A DNA stretch of 64,000 nucleotides from an uncultured Gammaproteobacteria bacterium (GCA_964619625.1 CAZUFD010000001.1:59316-123315); one strand, 5' to 3'; counted from the first letter of the stretch, positions 1 through 11,640 are shown. The notes: generated by a model from the sequence alone, not told the origin. Numbers and translations: made by a program.

Positions 1-273
1 TTAATGTTATTTGGATTTTTGGCGCTTATACTGAGTTTTTTAGTTTTTCCCATCGGGCAACTTATTGCTTGGTTAACAGAAGTTGGCATACAGTATGTTA
101 TAATGATAACCAATTGGTTTGGAGGCAGAAGTTGGAGCGCCGTAGAAATTACGGTGCCGCTCTGGGCCATGATATTAATATATATTTTACTAGTTTTTTC
201 CATTGTAAAAAACAAATTAAGAAGTTTGAGTTATGAAAAAAGTCAAAGTATTTTCATCGGAACCAGGCTATAA
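1..273 (+). CDS. comEC: 3' end of ComEC/Rec2 family competence membrane protein (runs off the left edge)
   Basis: Open frame from base 1; hydrophobic helices typical of the end of the ComEC competence domain; a separate ComEC-type MBL gene lies 1.2 kb downstream. Confidence 0.55.
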   Translation, partial: LMLFGFLALILSFLVFPIGQLIAWLTEVGIQYVIMITNWFGGRSWSAVEITVPLWAMILIYILLVFSIVKNKLRSLSYEKSQSIFIGTRL

Positions 274-838
274 TTTAGCCGCTGATGTGTACGATGAAAA
301 TGAAAATTATTTAAATAGTTTTGAGCAAGGCGAGCTTATTCCTTTGCTCGGCGCTTTGGCTGGCAAAAAAGTTTTAGATGTTGGGGCCGGCACGGGCCGT
401 CTATCTTTGCCTTTGGCAAACAGGGGAGCAGACGTTACGGCTTTAGATGTATCTTCCAAAATGTTAGATTTAATAAAAAAGAAGAATGTAAAAATTACTA
501 CTATAATTGGTGATGCGGAAGCGTTGCCTTTTGAAGATAATACATTTGATATTGTAACGGCCGCGTTTTTAATTGTGCACCTCAAAAATCCAACCAGATT
601 TTTTGATGAAGCGTATAGGGTATTAAAAGATGGGGGGATTTTGGCGGTAACTAACATTAACCAGAAAGATCCGCCGCAAGTAAAAACTAAAGAGGGGAAA
701 ATAATTATTGAATCTTTTTATCACCGTCCGGAAAAAATAATAGAAATATTACAGTCATTGGCTTTTAGCATTGAAGAAAATGTTTTTATAAAAGAAAAAG
801 AGCTTTGGATAAATCAGGTCGTGATAGCGAGGAAGTAA
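233..838 (+). CDS. Class I SAM-dependent methyltransferase
   Basis: VLDVGAGTG motif I, GDAEALPFEDNTFD and EAYRVLKDGG motifs. Confidence 0.9.
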   Translation: MKKVKVFSSEPGYNLAADVYDENENYLNSFEQGELIPLLGALAGKKVLDVGAGTGRLSLPLANRGADVTALDVSSKMLDLIKKKNVKITTIIGDAEALPFEDNTFDIVTAAFLIVHLKNPTRFFDEAYRVLKDGGILAVTNINQKDPPQVKTKEGKIIIESFYHRPEKIIEILQSLAFSIEENVFIKEKELWINQVVIARK

Positions 839-911
839 ACAAAAACACCCCCTTCTTCCTATATCTACAAATTTTATAGACATGGGAAGGCCGAAGGGGG
901 TGTGGTTGTTT
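837..911. terminator. Long imperfect hairpin between convergent genes, probable bidirectional terminator
   Basis: ACACCCCCTTC ... GAAGGGGGTGT inverted repeat with A-rich and T-rich flanks. Confidence 0.55.
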
Positions 912-920
912 GTCCGGCCT

Positions 921-1271
921 TTATTCCTGGGGAAAGGTAATAGCTGGGTGGTTTCTAGGAACAAGACGTGGACAAGTTGCTTTGGGGTCATAGTCTACCG
1001 CAAACCTGTCAAACTGCGGGCTTTGTTCGCACCGAAGACAATCTTCGCCTTCGTTCATCCAAGACCCCTCGTCGCTTTGCAGTTGGCTAAAGTACGTTTT
1101 CTTGCAGTCTGGGCATTCCAGATTTGGACTCTGGGTCACATCTGCAGACTTGCATACGGGGCATCGCCAGACTGGGCCCAGCAGCGTGTCTTTAGAAAAC
1201 AGGTGCTTTTCTCTAGTTACACAGTTGCACCTAGGATTGTGGCATATCCAGATTTGCTCTGGGTTGCTCAT
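921..1271 (-). CDS. Small Cys-rich (zinc-ribbon-like) hypothetical protein
   Basis: CHNPRC, CPVC, CPDC, CLRC motifs; GGAGG SD just upstream of the ATG. Confidence 0.6.
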   Translation of the reverse strand: MSNPEQIWICHNPRCNCVTREKHLFSKDTLLGPVWRCPVCKSADVTQSPNLECPDCKKTYFSQLQSDEGSWMNEGEDCLRCEQSPQFDRFAVDYDPKATCPRLVPRNHPAITFPQE

Positions 1272-1447
1272 AGATCCTCCATGTCGTCGTCAATGATTTC
1301 TGGAGCGGGAGTCAAAACAGGAAAGTTGGGCGGCGTTTTAGAAACATTTTTTAGACCACATTTTTTACACTCATGCCGTTTTGGCTTTCGTGTATACTTT
1401 GCGCCGCAGCCATAAGTAAGGCACCACCATTGAGTTTGTTCAGGCAT
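1268..1447 (-). CDS. Small zinc-ribbon-like hypothetical protein
   Basis: CLTYGC and CKKC motifs; AAGGAG SD before the ATG at 1447; ATGA overlap with the next gene. Confidence 0.55.
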   Translation of the reverse strand: MPEQTQWWCLTYGCGAKYTRKPKRHECKKCGLKNVSKTPPNFPVLTPAPEIIDDDMEDL

Positions 1448-1498
1448 CGATCTATTTCTCCTTAAGGGAGAACTTATCATACTTTTAAATTTAAATCA

Positions 1499-2362
1499 AT
1501 GCTCAGGAGTAAAAAAATCTTATTGGCAGCCAGCGCAGTTTTAATTATTTCATTAAGCCTGCTTTGTTATTTTTTATATAAAGAAAGCGCTAAACATAAT
1601 TTTCAAGTCACTTTTTTTGATATCGGCCAAGGCGACGCAGCTTTAATCCAATTTAACGATGGTAAAAAAATGTTGGTGGATTGCGGGCCGGATAGAAAAA
1701 TTCTCGCTAAACTCGGTAAGACTTTGCCATTTTATGATCGCACGATAGATTATGTTTTGGCCACTCATCCGGATCTAGATCATTACGGCGGCTGCGTGGA
1801 TGTGCTTAAAAATTATAAAGTAAAAGAAATTATTATAAATGGCCGTAAAAAAGAGTATAATCCGTATTGGCGAGAATGGGACAAGGCGGTAAAGAACGAA
1901 GGCGCGACCATAAAAGTTATGGATAGTCCGCAAGTCTGGCATATTGCCAGCTCAACTTTGGAATTTTTATCTCCGGACAGATCGTTGGCCTTAGATGTTA
2001 AAGAAGACGACAATAATAATTATTCCATAGTTTTTAGATTAACAAACGGCAATAAAAAATTTTTATTTACGGGTGATATGGAGGTACCGCTGGAAACAGC
2101 GCTTTTGAAAAAATATTGCCCAGTTACTTCTACGGGCTCATGCGCGGCCTTGGAATCGGATATCCTTAAAGTTGGCCATCATGGTAGCGACAGTTCTTCG
2201 GGTGAGGAGTTCTTGCGGGCGGTAAATCCAAAACAGGCTGTAATATCCAGCGGCAAAAATAACAAATACGGCCATCCGTCGTTGCGAGTCTTGAGAAAAA
2301 CGGAAAGAGCTGGCGCGGAGATACTGCGAACCGATACGGTAGGGGATATAATTAGATTTTAA
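1499..2362 (+). CDS. comEC: ComEC-type metallo-beta-lactamase (nuclease) domain protein
   Basis: FDIGQGDA, THPDLDHYGG, FTGD, KVGHHGS and NKYGHP motifs; N-terminal TM helix. Confidence 0.9.
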   Translation: MLRSKKILLAASAVLIISLSLLCYFLYKESAKHNFQVTFFDIGQGDAALIQFNDGKKMLVDCGPDRKILAKLGKTLPFYDRTIDYVLATHPDLDHYGGCVDVLKNYKVKEIIINGRKKEYNPYWREWDKAVKNEGATIKVMDSPQVWHIASSTLEFLSPDRSLALDVKEDDNNNYSIVFRLTNGNKKFLFTGDMEVPLETALLKKYCPVTSTGSCAALESDILKVGHHGSDSSSGEEFLRAVNPKQAVISSGKNNKYGHPSLRVLRKTERAGAEILRTDTVGDIIRF

Positions 2363-2572
2363 TACCCTGTATGGGTTCATGTGTCTTGACCTTGCTGCTG
2401 ACTGCAGGGTCGAACGACCCCGTGGATAAGTTATAAATTCTATTAAAAAACTTTAGATAAATTTTATCTCGTTTCCTGTATATTTATACCACTTACACAA
2501 TCGCGTGTAAGCTAGGAGACAAGAAAATGCGTTCTTTTCAGTGTCCGAAAAATCAATTCATCAGACTAAGCT

Positions 2573-3274
2573 ATGAATAAAAAAATAAATTACATTTTAA
2601 TTGTTATATTTATCGTTATAGGCATAACGACTGCTTTTTTTGTTCTGCGCAAGGATAAAAATCTGTCGGTTATAACACCGCCGCCAGACAAATTTATTAA
2701 ATTATCCGATACTGTATTTGACGCGACAAAGGTTATTTCGGATTTTGGTGTATTGGTGCGTTATCCTAGCAATGGTTTTTATGACTTAGGTGCTGAAGCC
2801 AGATTAACCGGATCGCGCTCTGAAGGGATGCCGCTATCCCCGTTTGATTTTGGGGGAATATTATCTATTGAGCAAAGCAGTATTTTTCCCATAGACAAGA
2901 CACCTAATGACGTTATCAAAGAAAAAGCCGTTAAAAGCGGCGAGCTCATATCTGTTTATATCGGAGTGCAAGATGCAAGTGTTATAAAAAAATATCCGAC
3001 CGAAAAAGATTATTTTGCGGCGGCTAATTTACCGGATAAGCTGTTGGCAACAAGGGAGGAGTTTGTTATCGGGAAACATAAATTTTTCGTCATTACTGTT
3101 CATAATAACGATCTTACCCAATGGCAAGCAATTTCTTATGGAACGAAAGAAGTAGTTTTTGTGGCTTTCACAGCCCCTGAAAGCGATAAAAACCCCGAAA
3201 ATATCCGAGAAATTTTCCGTCAACGCAATGAAAATATTTTTCTTGACTTCTTGGCGTATTTGGAATTTGATTAA
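2573..3274 (+). CDS. Membrane-anchored hypothetical protein (paralog of 3365..4006)
   Basis: N-terminal TM helix; shares LRKD, FDAT and YPSxGFYxLGA blocks with the next gene. Confidence 0.75.
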   Translation: MNKKINYILIVIFIVIGITTAFFVLRKDKNLSVITPPPDKFIKLSDTVFDATKVISDFGVLVRYPSNGFYDLGAEARLTGSRSEGMPLSPFDFGGILSIEQSSIFPIDKTPNDVIKEKAVKSGELISVYIGVQDASVIKKYPTEKDYFAAANLPDKLLATREEFVIGKHKFFVITVHNNDLTQWQAISYGTKEVVFVAFTAPESDKNPENIREIFRQRNENIFLDFLAYLEFD

Positions 3275-3364
3275 GAAATTGATTATTTGTAATTGATTTT
3301 AAAAATTGTCCGACCAATATAGACATTCCTCGAGCGTTTAATTATCATACACTCATATCAAGCT

Positions 3365-4006
3365 ATGAAAATCAAACTAAATATTATTATCATTACTATA
3401 TCCGTCATCTTGATCGCGGTGACTATTTTTGTTATTCTGCGCAAAGATCAGAAATCATCGGCTACCCCCTCGCAAAGCAAAGCTGTTCAATTACCCAAAA
3501 CCATTTTTGATGCCACCACTACGGTACCCGGAACCAACTTCAGTTTTTCATACCCAAGTAAAGGATTTTACGGACTCGGAGCTAATTTGAACGTCAGTCG
3601 AGCGGAAGAATCGGCCAGCAATTACCACGCACGCGTCTCAGTACAAACAACAGTGCCATATATAACTGAAAAGGGGAGCGAATTTGTTGTGTTGACGGTA
3701 GGAGCAGGAAAACTACCAGCTAATCAGAAATCGCTTGAGGACGTTATTAACGCTATTGATCCTGATTCATACACTGGCCAATATGCCAAAATAAATGGAA
3801 AGCATCAAACCATTAACGGGCGAAAATTCTTTTTATCAAAAGTGACTGAAGATGCAACAACATGGGGAGCGTGGACGCTAGCAGGTGAAGATATTATTAC
3901 CGTGATGCTGGCCTACAAAGGAGGAGAAAGTGCGGAATCACAGGCTGCCTACCTAAACAATGACCAGCTTTTTTTGCAGATTCTTGAAAATATTTCCTTA
4001 AAATAA
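3365..4006 (+). CDS. Membrane-anchored hypothetical protein (paralog of 2573..3274)
   Basis: N-terminal TM helix; shared motifs with the preceding gene. Confidence 0.75.
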   Translation: MKIKLNIIIITISVILIAVTIFVILRKDQKSSATPSQSKAVQLPKTIFDATTTVPGTNFSFSYPSKGFYGLGANLNVSRAEESASNYHARVSVQTTVPYITEKGSEFVVLTVGAGKLPANQKSLEDVINAIDPDSYTGQYAKINGKHQTINGRKFFLSKVTEDATTWGAWTLAGEDIITVMLAYKGGESAESQAAYLNNDQLFLQILENISLK

Positions 4007-4007
4007 T

Positions 4008-4571
4008 GTGACAACAAAAAAAGATAAAAAAACTTTAATTATTATTGGTTGCGTCGCCGTTATCGTAGCCGCTTACTTTTTAGGATCTTTGTCGGTAAAA
4101 AATTCACCCTCCACCGAATCTGATCAGGTAGAGAACGCTACAACCAGAGCCGCTACCGATACGGCTAAACTTTATGGAAAGATTGTAAAACTCAATAGCA
4201 AAAACACAGATTTGCGCTTGGTCGAGTGGGTTCAAGGCTCTGATAGTCAAGAGCAGGCCGCACTTGAAACCGGGCGCTGCACACTTGAACGAATCGAGAA
4301 GGATGAATGTCTGCCCAATCCATTTTTCATCCGCGAAACGCAAAAAACACTGACCTTGCCAATGACACCCGATATAAAGATTCAAGTTCTCTCCCCCGGT
4401 CCATCAGGCGAAATCAAACAAGATGAGCAACTCAATACGATTCATCGCGAAATCAACCTTGCTGATCTTGCAAAAATGCTCGAAAACCACGACTTCGCCG
4501 AGCAGACCCCTTTTATCTTTACGACACAATACGGCAGCATTATCAAGATTGAGGAACAATACATCCCGTAA
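4008..4571 (+). CDS. Membrane-anchored hypothetical protein
   Basis: GTG start 1 nt after the previous stop; N-terminal TM helix; C-terminal IEEQYIP. Confidence 0.7.
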   Translation: MTTKKDKKTLIIIGCVAVIVAAYFLGSLSVKNSPSTESDQVENATTRAATDTAKLYGKIVKLNSKNTDLRLVEWVQGSDSQEQAALETGRCTLERIEKDECLPNPFFIRETQKTLTLPMTPDIKIQVLSPGPSGEIKQDEQLNTIHREINLADLAKMLENHDFAEQTPFIFTTQYGSIIKIEEQYIP

Positions 4572-4754
4572 CTGGCTGGCAGGAAATATTGAAAATGAAA
4601 TTTCCCTCGATTAAAGTTATAATACAAAAAAATAACTAAAGCCCCTGCCAAACCTTCCTCAATTTGACACCATGTCCATTCTATGATATCTTTCTCTTAT
4701 TAAAGAGCTTTCATAAAGAAACGCTCTTTTTTGTTAGCAAATTTTGTGCTATAT

Positions 4755-4833
4755 TTGAAGTGAGTGAGCAAAGTAATTAAACTTGTTTTATTACTTTTGA
4801 GCGAACGAGAATATATGTGGCAAAGCCCATATA
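4755..4833 (+). repeat. Dispersed double-hairpin element, copy 1 (nusA leader)
   Basis: GAAGTGAGTGAG-[AT-rich hairpin]-GAGCGAACGAGAATATATGTGGCAAAGCCCATATA. Confidence 0.8.
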
Positions 4834-4868
4834 ATAGTAACTAACTACTTTAATTTAAGAAAATACAT

Positions 4869-6098
4869 ATGTCAGATATCACCAAGGCCATGCAAGTATT
4901 GTGTGAGGAAAAAAACCTTTCTTACGAATCCGTATTAGAGGCGATTGAGTTTGCCCTTGCGGCCGCGTATCGTAAGGATTTTGGCAATAAGCAGCAAAAC
5001 ATCAAAGTAAAGTTTGATCCGGAGACTTCGGATATGAAGGCCTGGGATGTAAAAACCGTCGTAGAAGATATTCCCGAAGAAACACTGCTCGCCGCCCAGG
5101 AAGAATTAACCAAACGACGTGAAAAAGCCAAAGAAGAAAAACGGGAGCTTACGGAAGAAGAAACTGAAGATTTACCTCGCTTCAACCCAAAGACCGAGCT
5201 GATGATTTCCGCCGCCAAAGAAATAGATAAAAAAGTAAAAGTGGGAGAAGTAATGGAAATTCCATTAGAAATCCAACACGAATTTGGTCGCATGGCCGCG
5301 CAAACCGCCAAGCAGGTTATCATCCAAAAAATTCGCGAAGCCGAACGCGGTATCATGTTTAATGACTTTAAAGGCCAGGAAGGCCAATTGATCATGGGTA
5401 CGATCCAAAGAGCTGAAGCTCGCAAAGTTTTGGTTGATTTTGGAAAAGTTACCGGCGTACTTCTTGCAGATCAGCAAAACCCTCGCGATCATTATCGTCC
5501 AGGCGCTCGCATGAAGTTTTTGTTATTGTCCGTACAAATGACGCCGCGCGGTTTGGAAGTGTTATTGTCTCGCAGCGATGTCGGTATGGTGCGTGAAATT
5601 TTCAAACAAGAAATTCCGGAAATTAACGACGGTGTCATAGAAATTAAAGGCGTTGCCCGCGAAGCCGGTTTCCGTTCCAAAGTATCTGTATTTACTACCG
5701 ATAAATCAATTGATCCGATCGGCTCTTGTATCGGACAGAAAGGCAGCCGCATAAATACAATTATTGAAGAGCTAGGCGGAGAAAAAATTGATATCATCCA
5801 ATATAGCGAGGATGCGAAAGAGTATATTGCCCATGCTTTGGCTCCGGCAAAAATCTTGGGAGTAAAATTAAATGAGGCTGAAAAAATTGCCGAAGTATCC
5901 GTGGCTACGGATCAGTTCTCCTTGGCTATTGGCCGCAATGGACAAAATGTTCGTTTAGCTGCCAATTTGACCGGTTGGAGAATAGATGTGGTAGAAGAAG
6001 GTGGAAAACAAGAAGTTTCAAGCGATAAAGTTGAACCGGAAGCAGTAGAAGAAGTTGCCGTTGAAGAAGTTAAAGAAGAAGAAAAGGCCAAGGAATAA
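4869..6098 (+). CDS. nusA: Transcription termination/antitermination factor NusA
   Basis: FGRMAAQTAKQVIIQKIREAER, AREAGFRSK, DPIGSCIG and SLAIGRNGQNVRLA motifs (S1 and KH domains). Confidence 0.98.
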   Translation: MSDITKAMQVLCEEKNLSYESVLEAIEFALAAAYRKDFGNKQQNIKVKFDPETSDMKAWDVKTVVEDIPEETLLAAQEELTKRREKAKEEKRELTEEETEDLPRFNPKTELMISAAKEIDKKVKVGEVMEIPLEIQHEFGRMAAQTAKQVIIQKIREAERGIMFNDFKGQEGQLIMGTIQRAEARKVLVDFGKVTGVLLADQQNPRDHYRPGARMKFLLLSVQMTPRGLEVLLSRSDVGMVREIFKQEIPEINDGVIEIKGVAREAGFRSKVSVFTTDKSIDPIGSCIGQKGSRINTIIEELGGEKIDIIQYSEDAKEYIAHALAPAKILGVKLNEAEKIAEVSVATDQFSLAIGRNGQNVRLAANLTGWRIDVVEEGGKQEVSSDKVEPEAVEEVAVEEVKEEEKAKE

Positions 6099-6138
6099 AT
6101 TCTGTATTCTTTATTCTAAATTCTAGCTAAAATTGTTT

Positions 6139-6891
6139 ATGTTTTCTATTTTCCACACCGTTCTGTATCAACCAATATTCAACCTCTTTGTTTTTTTGTA
6201 TAACATTTTGCCCGGACATGATGTTGGTTTGGTAATTTTGGCAATTACGATTTTAGTGCGTTTGGCAGTCTATCCGCTTACGAGCGCTTCCATAAAATCC
6301 CAGCGCGCCTTACAGGATTTGCAGCCAAAGTTAGCGGCTATAAAACAACAATACGCCGATGATAAACAAAAGCAAACAGTGGCTATCATGGAGATGTATA
6401 AAAATAACAAAGTAAACCCGCTGGCTTCTTGTTTGCCAATGTTAATTCAGTTGCCGATTTTGATTGCTTTGTACGCGGTGTTGCGGGACGGTTTAAATTC
6501 AAAAAATTTAGCAGATTCTCTGTATTCGTTTATCAGTAATCCGGGTACCATAAATCAAATTTCTCTTGGTTTCCTTAATATGGCCAAACCAAACTATGTG
6601 TTGGCAATACTCGCCGGTCTGGCGCAGTATTTCCAAGCCAAAACCCTGAGTACAAAAAATCCTCCTCTTCAAGCCGGTGAAGGTTCAAAAGACGAGGCAA
6701 TGATGTCTATGATGAACAAACAGATGCTTTATTTTATGCCAGTGATGACCGTGGTAATTGGTTTTAATTTGCCCGGCGGACTTACCCTGTATTGGTTCTT
6801 CAGTACATTGCTTATGGTGTTGCAACAGCTATGGATTTCTAAGAATTTCAAAAGCAAGGGCAGCGTCATTGAAGGGCAAATCGTTAAGTAA
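6139..6891 (+). CDS. yidC: YidC/Oxa1 membrane protein insertase
   Basis: TILVRL..PL, LQPKL, VNPLASCLPMLIQLPILIALY and GLTLYW motifs. Confidence 0.95.
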   Translation: MFSIFHTVLYQPIFNLFVFLYNILPGHDVGLVILAITILVRLAVYPLTSASIKSQRALQDLQPKLAAIKQQYADDKQKQTVAIMEMYKNNKVNPLASCLPMLIQLPILIALYAVLRDGLNSKNLADSLYSFISNPGTINQISLGFLNMAKPNYVLAILAGLAQYFQAKTLSTKNPPLQAGEGSKDEAMMSMMNKQMLYFMPVMTVVIGFNLPGGLTLYWFFSTLLMVLQQLWISKNFKSKGSVIEGQIVK

Positions 6892-6932
6892 ATATCTCGT
6901 TAGTTAATGTATAACGTATCGGCACGTATTGT

Positions 6933-7199
6933 ATGATTATTAATCTGCGTACATTATTGCATCTGCCGGTTTATACCGAATCTGGAACGAAACTCGGTAC
7001 GGTTTTTGATTTAGAAGTAGATGCCGAAGGGCATGCCATAATGAAGTATTTTGTTAAAGCGAATTTTTTAAGCGTAAAATATTTTCTGATTGAGAAAAGT
7101 TTGGTAAAAGAAATTAAAGAAGACAAAATAGTTGTATATGATAGCGTGGAAAGGGGCAGTTTGCTTGAAGCGCCGCCCAACATGGCTTTAGGCGAGTAA
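6933..7199 (+). CDS. PRC-barrel domain protein
   Basis: LPVYTESGTKLGTVFDLEVD pattern. Confidence 0.75.
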   Translation: MIINLRTLLHLPVYTESGTKLGTVFDLEVDAEGHAIMKYFVKANFLSVKYFLIEKSLVKEIKEDKIVVYDSVERGSLLEAPPNMALGE

Positions 7200-7203
7200 C
7201 TGT

Positions 7204-8139
7204 ATGATTCAAGCTGAAACGCTGCAGCGCTCCATAAAAAATACCTTAACTTATTTTGATATAGCTGATTTTCCTCTTACCAAAGAGGAACTTTTTGTTT
7301 TTCTCTGGCAACCGCCCAAGGTTAGTTATGCGAATTTTTTAGAATTTTTACAGTCAAACAATTCGGCATTTGAAACCAAACAGGGTTTTTATTTTTTGCC
7401 GGGCAGATCCAAACTTATAGAAACTAGGCAGCGCCGGCTGCTTATTTCCGAAAAAAAACTTAAGATCGCTCGCCGGGCGGCCAGAATAATTCGTTCCATT
7501 CCATTTTTAAAAGCGGTTTTTGTGTGTAATACCGTCGGGGCGGAACAGGCGACAACGGATAGTGATATAGATTTTTTGATTATCACTGCCCCCAAAAGAA
7601 TTTGGATTACGAGACTCTTTGTAACGTTTTGGTTAAGCGTGTTTAGAATGCGGCGAGTAAAGGATAAAATAAAAGATAAGATATGCTTAAGTTTTTATGT
7701 AACTGCCGATAATTTGGATTTGGCAAAATTTAGAGTGGCCGATGACGACATACACTTTGCATTTTGGATACAGCAAATGTTGCCGATATATGACCCGGAT
7801 AATTATTACGCAAAATTTTTGCAAGCCAACGGGTGGATAAAGCAGTATTTGCCGCATACGGATGCTAGCCGTGTTTCATCGTATATTTTAAATGTTGCGG
7901 AATCTCGTTTTGGCAGGATTTGGAAACGCGCTTGGGAAAAAATGTGGCAGGGAAGTTATGGCGATTTAATTAACAATGAAGCTAAAAAAATACAATTATC
8001 CAAAATGAAGTTTTCCGGCAATAAAATAGATAGAGGCGAAGATAAAGGCGTGGTAATTTCCGATTCTATTTTGAAGTTTCATGAAAAAGATACAAGAGTT
8101 GAATATAGAGAATTATGGAAAAACAAAATTTCAGTTTAA
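7204..8139 (+). CDS. Nucleotidyltransferase-fold hypothetical protein
   Basis: DSDIDF DxD motif; YFDIADFPLTKEE N-terminus. Confidence 0.6.
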   Translation: MIQAETLQRSIKNTLTYFDIADFPLTKEELFVFLWQPPKVSYANFLEFLQSNNSAFETKQGFYFLPGRSKLIETRQRRLLISEKKLKIARRAARIIRSIPFLKAVFVCNTVGAEQATTDSDIDFLIITAPKRIWITRLFVTFWLSVFRMRRVKDKIKDKICLSFYVTADNLDLAKFRVADDDIHFAFWIQQMLPIYDPDNYYAKFLQANGWIKQYLPHTDASRVSSYILNVAESRFGRIWKRAWEKMWQGSYGDLINNEAKKIQLSKMKFSGNKIDRGEDKGVVISDSILKFHEKDTRVEYRELWKNKISV

Positions 8140-9410
8140 TTTTAAAAAAAGTACAAGATTGGACATTGCTTGCGTTTTTGTTTTTGTTGCCCTGGCAAAC
8201 AAGATATATTTGGCAGTATGGCGATTTAAACGGCGGATATTGGGAATATGGCACGGGCAGTCTTTATGCAACCGAGATTTTGTTGTGGGTTGTTTTAATT
8301 TTATTTTTTGTTAATAATTTTCTAAACAAAGAAGTTTGGACAAATTTATTTAAAAAGAAGAATATTTTTTCTTTGGCATTTACTGGATTTTTGGCTGCAG
8401 CAGGCACGTCAGTAATTTTGAGTGAAAATTTTGGTATATCATACAATTATATTTTTCGTATTTTGGAAGGCATGGCCATAATGACGGTGTTGGCGCGATT
8501 AGGGTGGAATAATAAATATATTTTTGCTATCTGGCTAGGTGCGGTAGGGCAGGGTATATTGGCAATGTATCAATTTTTAAATCAGAGTGTTTTTGCAAGC
8601 TCTTGGCTAGGCATGGCCGGGCAGGAGGCGTATAATTTAGGCCCAAGCGTGATAGAGTTTGCCGACCAAAGATGGCTGCGCGCGTATGGCAGTTTTGGTT
8701 CGCCAAATTCTTTGGGGATTTATTTGGCAGTATTATTTGTTTTAGGTTTTATTCTGTATTTTAAAACGCAAATACCGCGCTATAAAATTTTAATCAGCGT
8801 CGGTCAGTTGCTAGTTTTGTCTGGCTTGATTCTTTCTTTTTCTCGCGGAGCGTGGCTGTCCACTTTAGTTGGGCTTGTATCTTTGGCCGTTGTTTTATTT
8901 TTTAAACAAAAAGATTTTTTACGAGATTTTATTAAGCAGACAGCCTTTGCTTTGGCGGTTGTAGTTTTTTGGGTAGCAATTTTTTACCCGGTGTTTAATG
9001 CCCGTTTTAACTTACAAAACCGTTTGGAAGCAAAATCTGTTTCCGAAAGAAAAGGGCAGTATAGCGAATCTTTGTCTTTTATCAAATCAAATCCAATTTT
9101 TGGGGTTGGGCCGGGCGTATATACTTTTGCTTTGGCCAAAAAATATCCGGAGCTAGCTTTTTGGCAGCTGCAGCCGATACATAATATTTATTTGCTTCTT
9201 CTTGTAGAAATGGGCATATTTGGTATGTTGGCCATATTTTTATTGGCTATTAGTATTGCTAGATTGATAATTAAAACTAACTTAATTTACGCACCAGTTT
9301 TGGTTGTCTTGTTTACTTCTGGGATGCTAGATCACTGGTTGGTCAGCCTGTTTACAGGCATGGTTTTTTGGTGGGTAGTTTTGGGTTTAGGTCTAAAAAG
9401 AGACTCTTGA
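8115..9410 (+). CDS. O-antigen ligase (Wzy_C) family membrane protein
   Basis: RAYGSFGSPNSLG, SFSRGAW, PIFGVGPG and IHNIYL motifs; polytopic. Confidence 0.88.
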   Translation: MEKQNFSLILKKVQDWTLLAFLFLLPWQTRYIWQYGDLNGGYWEYGTGSLYATEILLWVVLILFFVNNFLNKEVWTNLFKKKNIFSLAFTGFLAAAGTSVILSENFGISYNYIFRILEGMAIMTVLARLGWNNKYIFAIWLGAVGQGILAMYQFLNQSVFASSWLGMAGQEAYNLGPSVIEFADQRWLRAYGSFGSPNSLGIYLAVLFVLGFILYFKTQIPRYKILISVGQLLVLSGLILSFSRGAWLSTLVGLVSLAVVLFFKQKDFLRDFIKQTAFALAVVVFWVAIFYPVFNARFNLQNRLEAKSVSERKGQYSESLSFIKSNPIFGVGPGVYTFALAKKYPELAFWQLQPIHNIYLLLLVEMGIFGMLAIFLLAISIARLIIKTNLIYAPVLVVLFTSGMLDHWLVSLFTGMVFWWVVLGLGLKRDS

Positions 9411-9435
9411 CACCCGGTTTTTCTTCTAGTAAAAT
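9407..9435 (+). promoter_or_regulatory. Sigma70 promoter of groESL
   Basis: TTGACA-N17-TAAAAT. Confidence 0.8.
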
Positions 9436-9445
9436 GAGTTCACTC

Positions 9446-9472
9446 TTATCACTCTATTATTTTGAGTGCTAA
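9446..9472 (+). promoter_or_regulatory. CIRCE operator (HrcA binding site)
   Basis: TTATCACTC-N9-GAGTGCTAA, one mismatch to the consensus, between the promoter and groES. Confidence 0.9.
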
Positions 9473-9504
9473 TAACTTTAATTAATAGCAATTAACTATC
9501 TAAA

Positions 9505-9590
9505 TATATAGGGGCTTAAGCCGCATATATTCTCATTCACTCGGAATTAAATTAAACACATTTAATTTAATTCGCTCATTCATTTCGAAT
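9505..9590 (-). repeat. Dispersed double-hairpin element, copy 2 (inverted, abuts groES ATG)
   Basis: Reverse complement of the consensus; perfect 13 bp AT hairpin at 9544-9573. Confidence 0.8.
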
Positions 9591-9875
9591 ATGCAAATTA
9601 AACCATTAGGAGATAATGTTCTGGTAAAGCAAATCAAGGCCGATGAAGTGACTTCGTTTGGTTTGGTGTTGCCGGATAAAGACGAGAAAAAAGCCGAAGC
9701 CGAAGTAGTGGCCGTTGGTCCGGGTAAATTGCTTGAAAACGGACAGCGCAGCACTATGGAAGTAAAAGTAGGCGATAAAGTGTTATTAAAAAATTGGGGA
9801 GGAGAAAAAGTGGAATTAAATAAAGAAGAGTATAAAATTGTTTCACAGGATGATATTTTGGCAATAATTCAATAA
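9591..9875 (+). CDS. groES: Co-chaperonin GroES
   Basis: IKPLGDNVLV, VVAVGPG and VKVGDKVL motifs. Confidence 0.98.
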   Translation: MQIKPLGDNVLVKQIKADEVTSFGLVLPDKDEKKAEAEVVAVGPGKLLENGQRSTMEVKVGDKVLLKNWGGEKVELNKEEYKIVSQDDILAIIQ

Positions 9876-9895
9876 GAGTCTCATTTCTTAATTCA

Positions 9896-9957
9896 CAATT
9901 GCTAGGGTTGAGTAAAAAAGAAAATTAATTTTCTTTTTTCGAAGCCCGACGTAATTG
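9896..9957. repeat. Long hairpin in the groES-groEL spacer
   Basis: Perfect 26 bp palindrome at 9914-9939 with pairing flanks. Confidence 0.6.
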
Positions 9958-9974
9958 CAAAGTTTTACTTTTAA

Positions 9975-11630
<1,656 letters not shown>

Positions 11631-11640
11631 AAATCAAATT

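Noticed and set aside
882-1415. Plus-strand 177 aa ORF
   Set aside because: Antisense to two SD-led CxxC genes and starts inside a terminator-like hairpin
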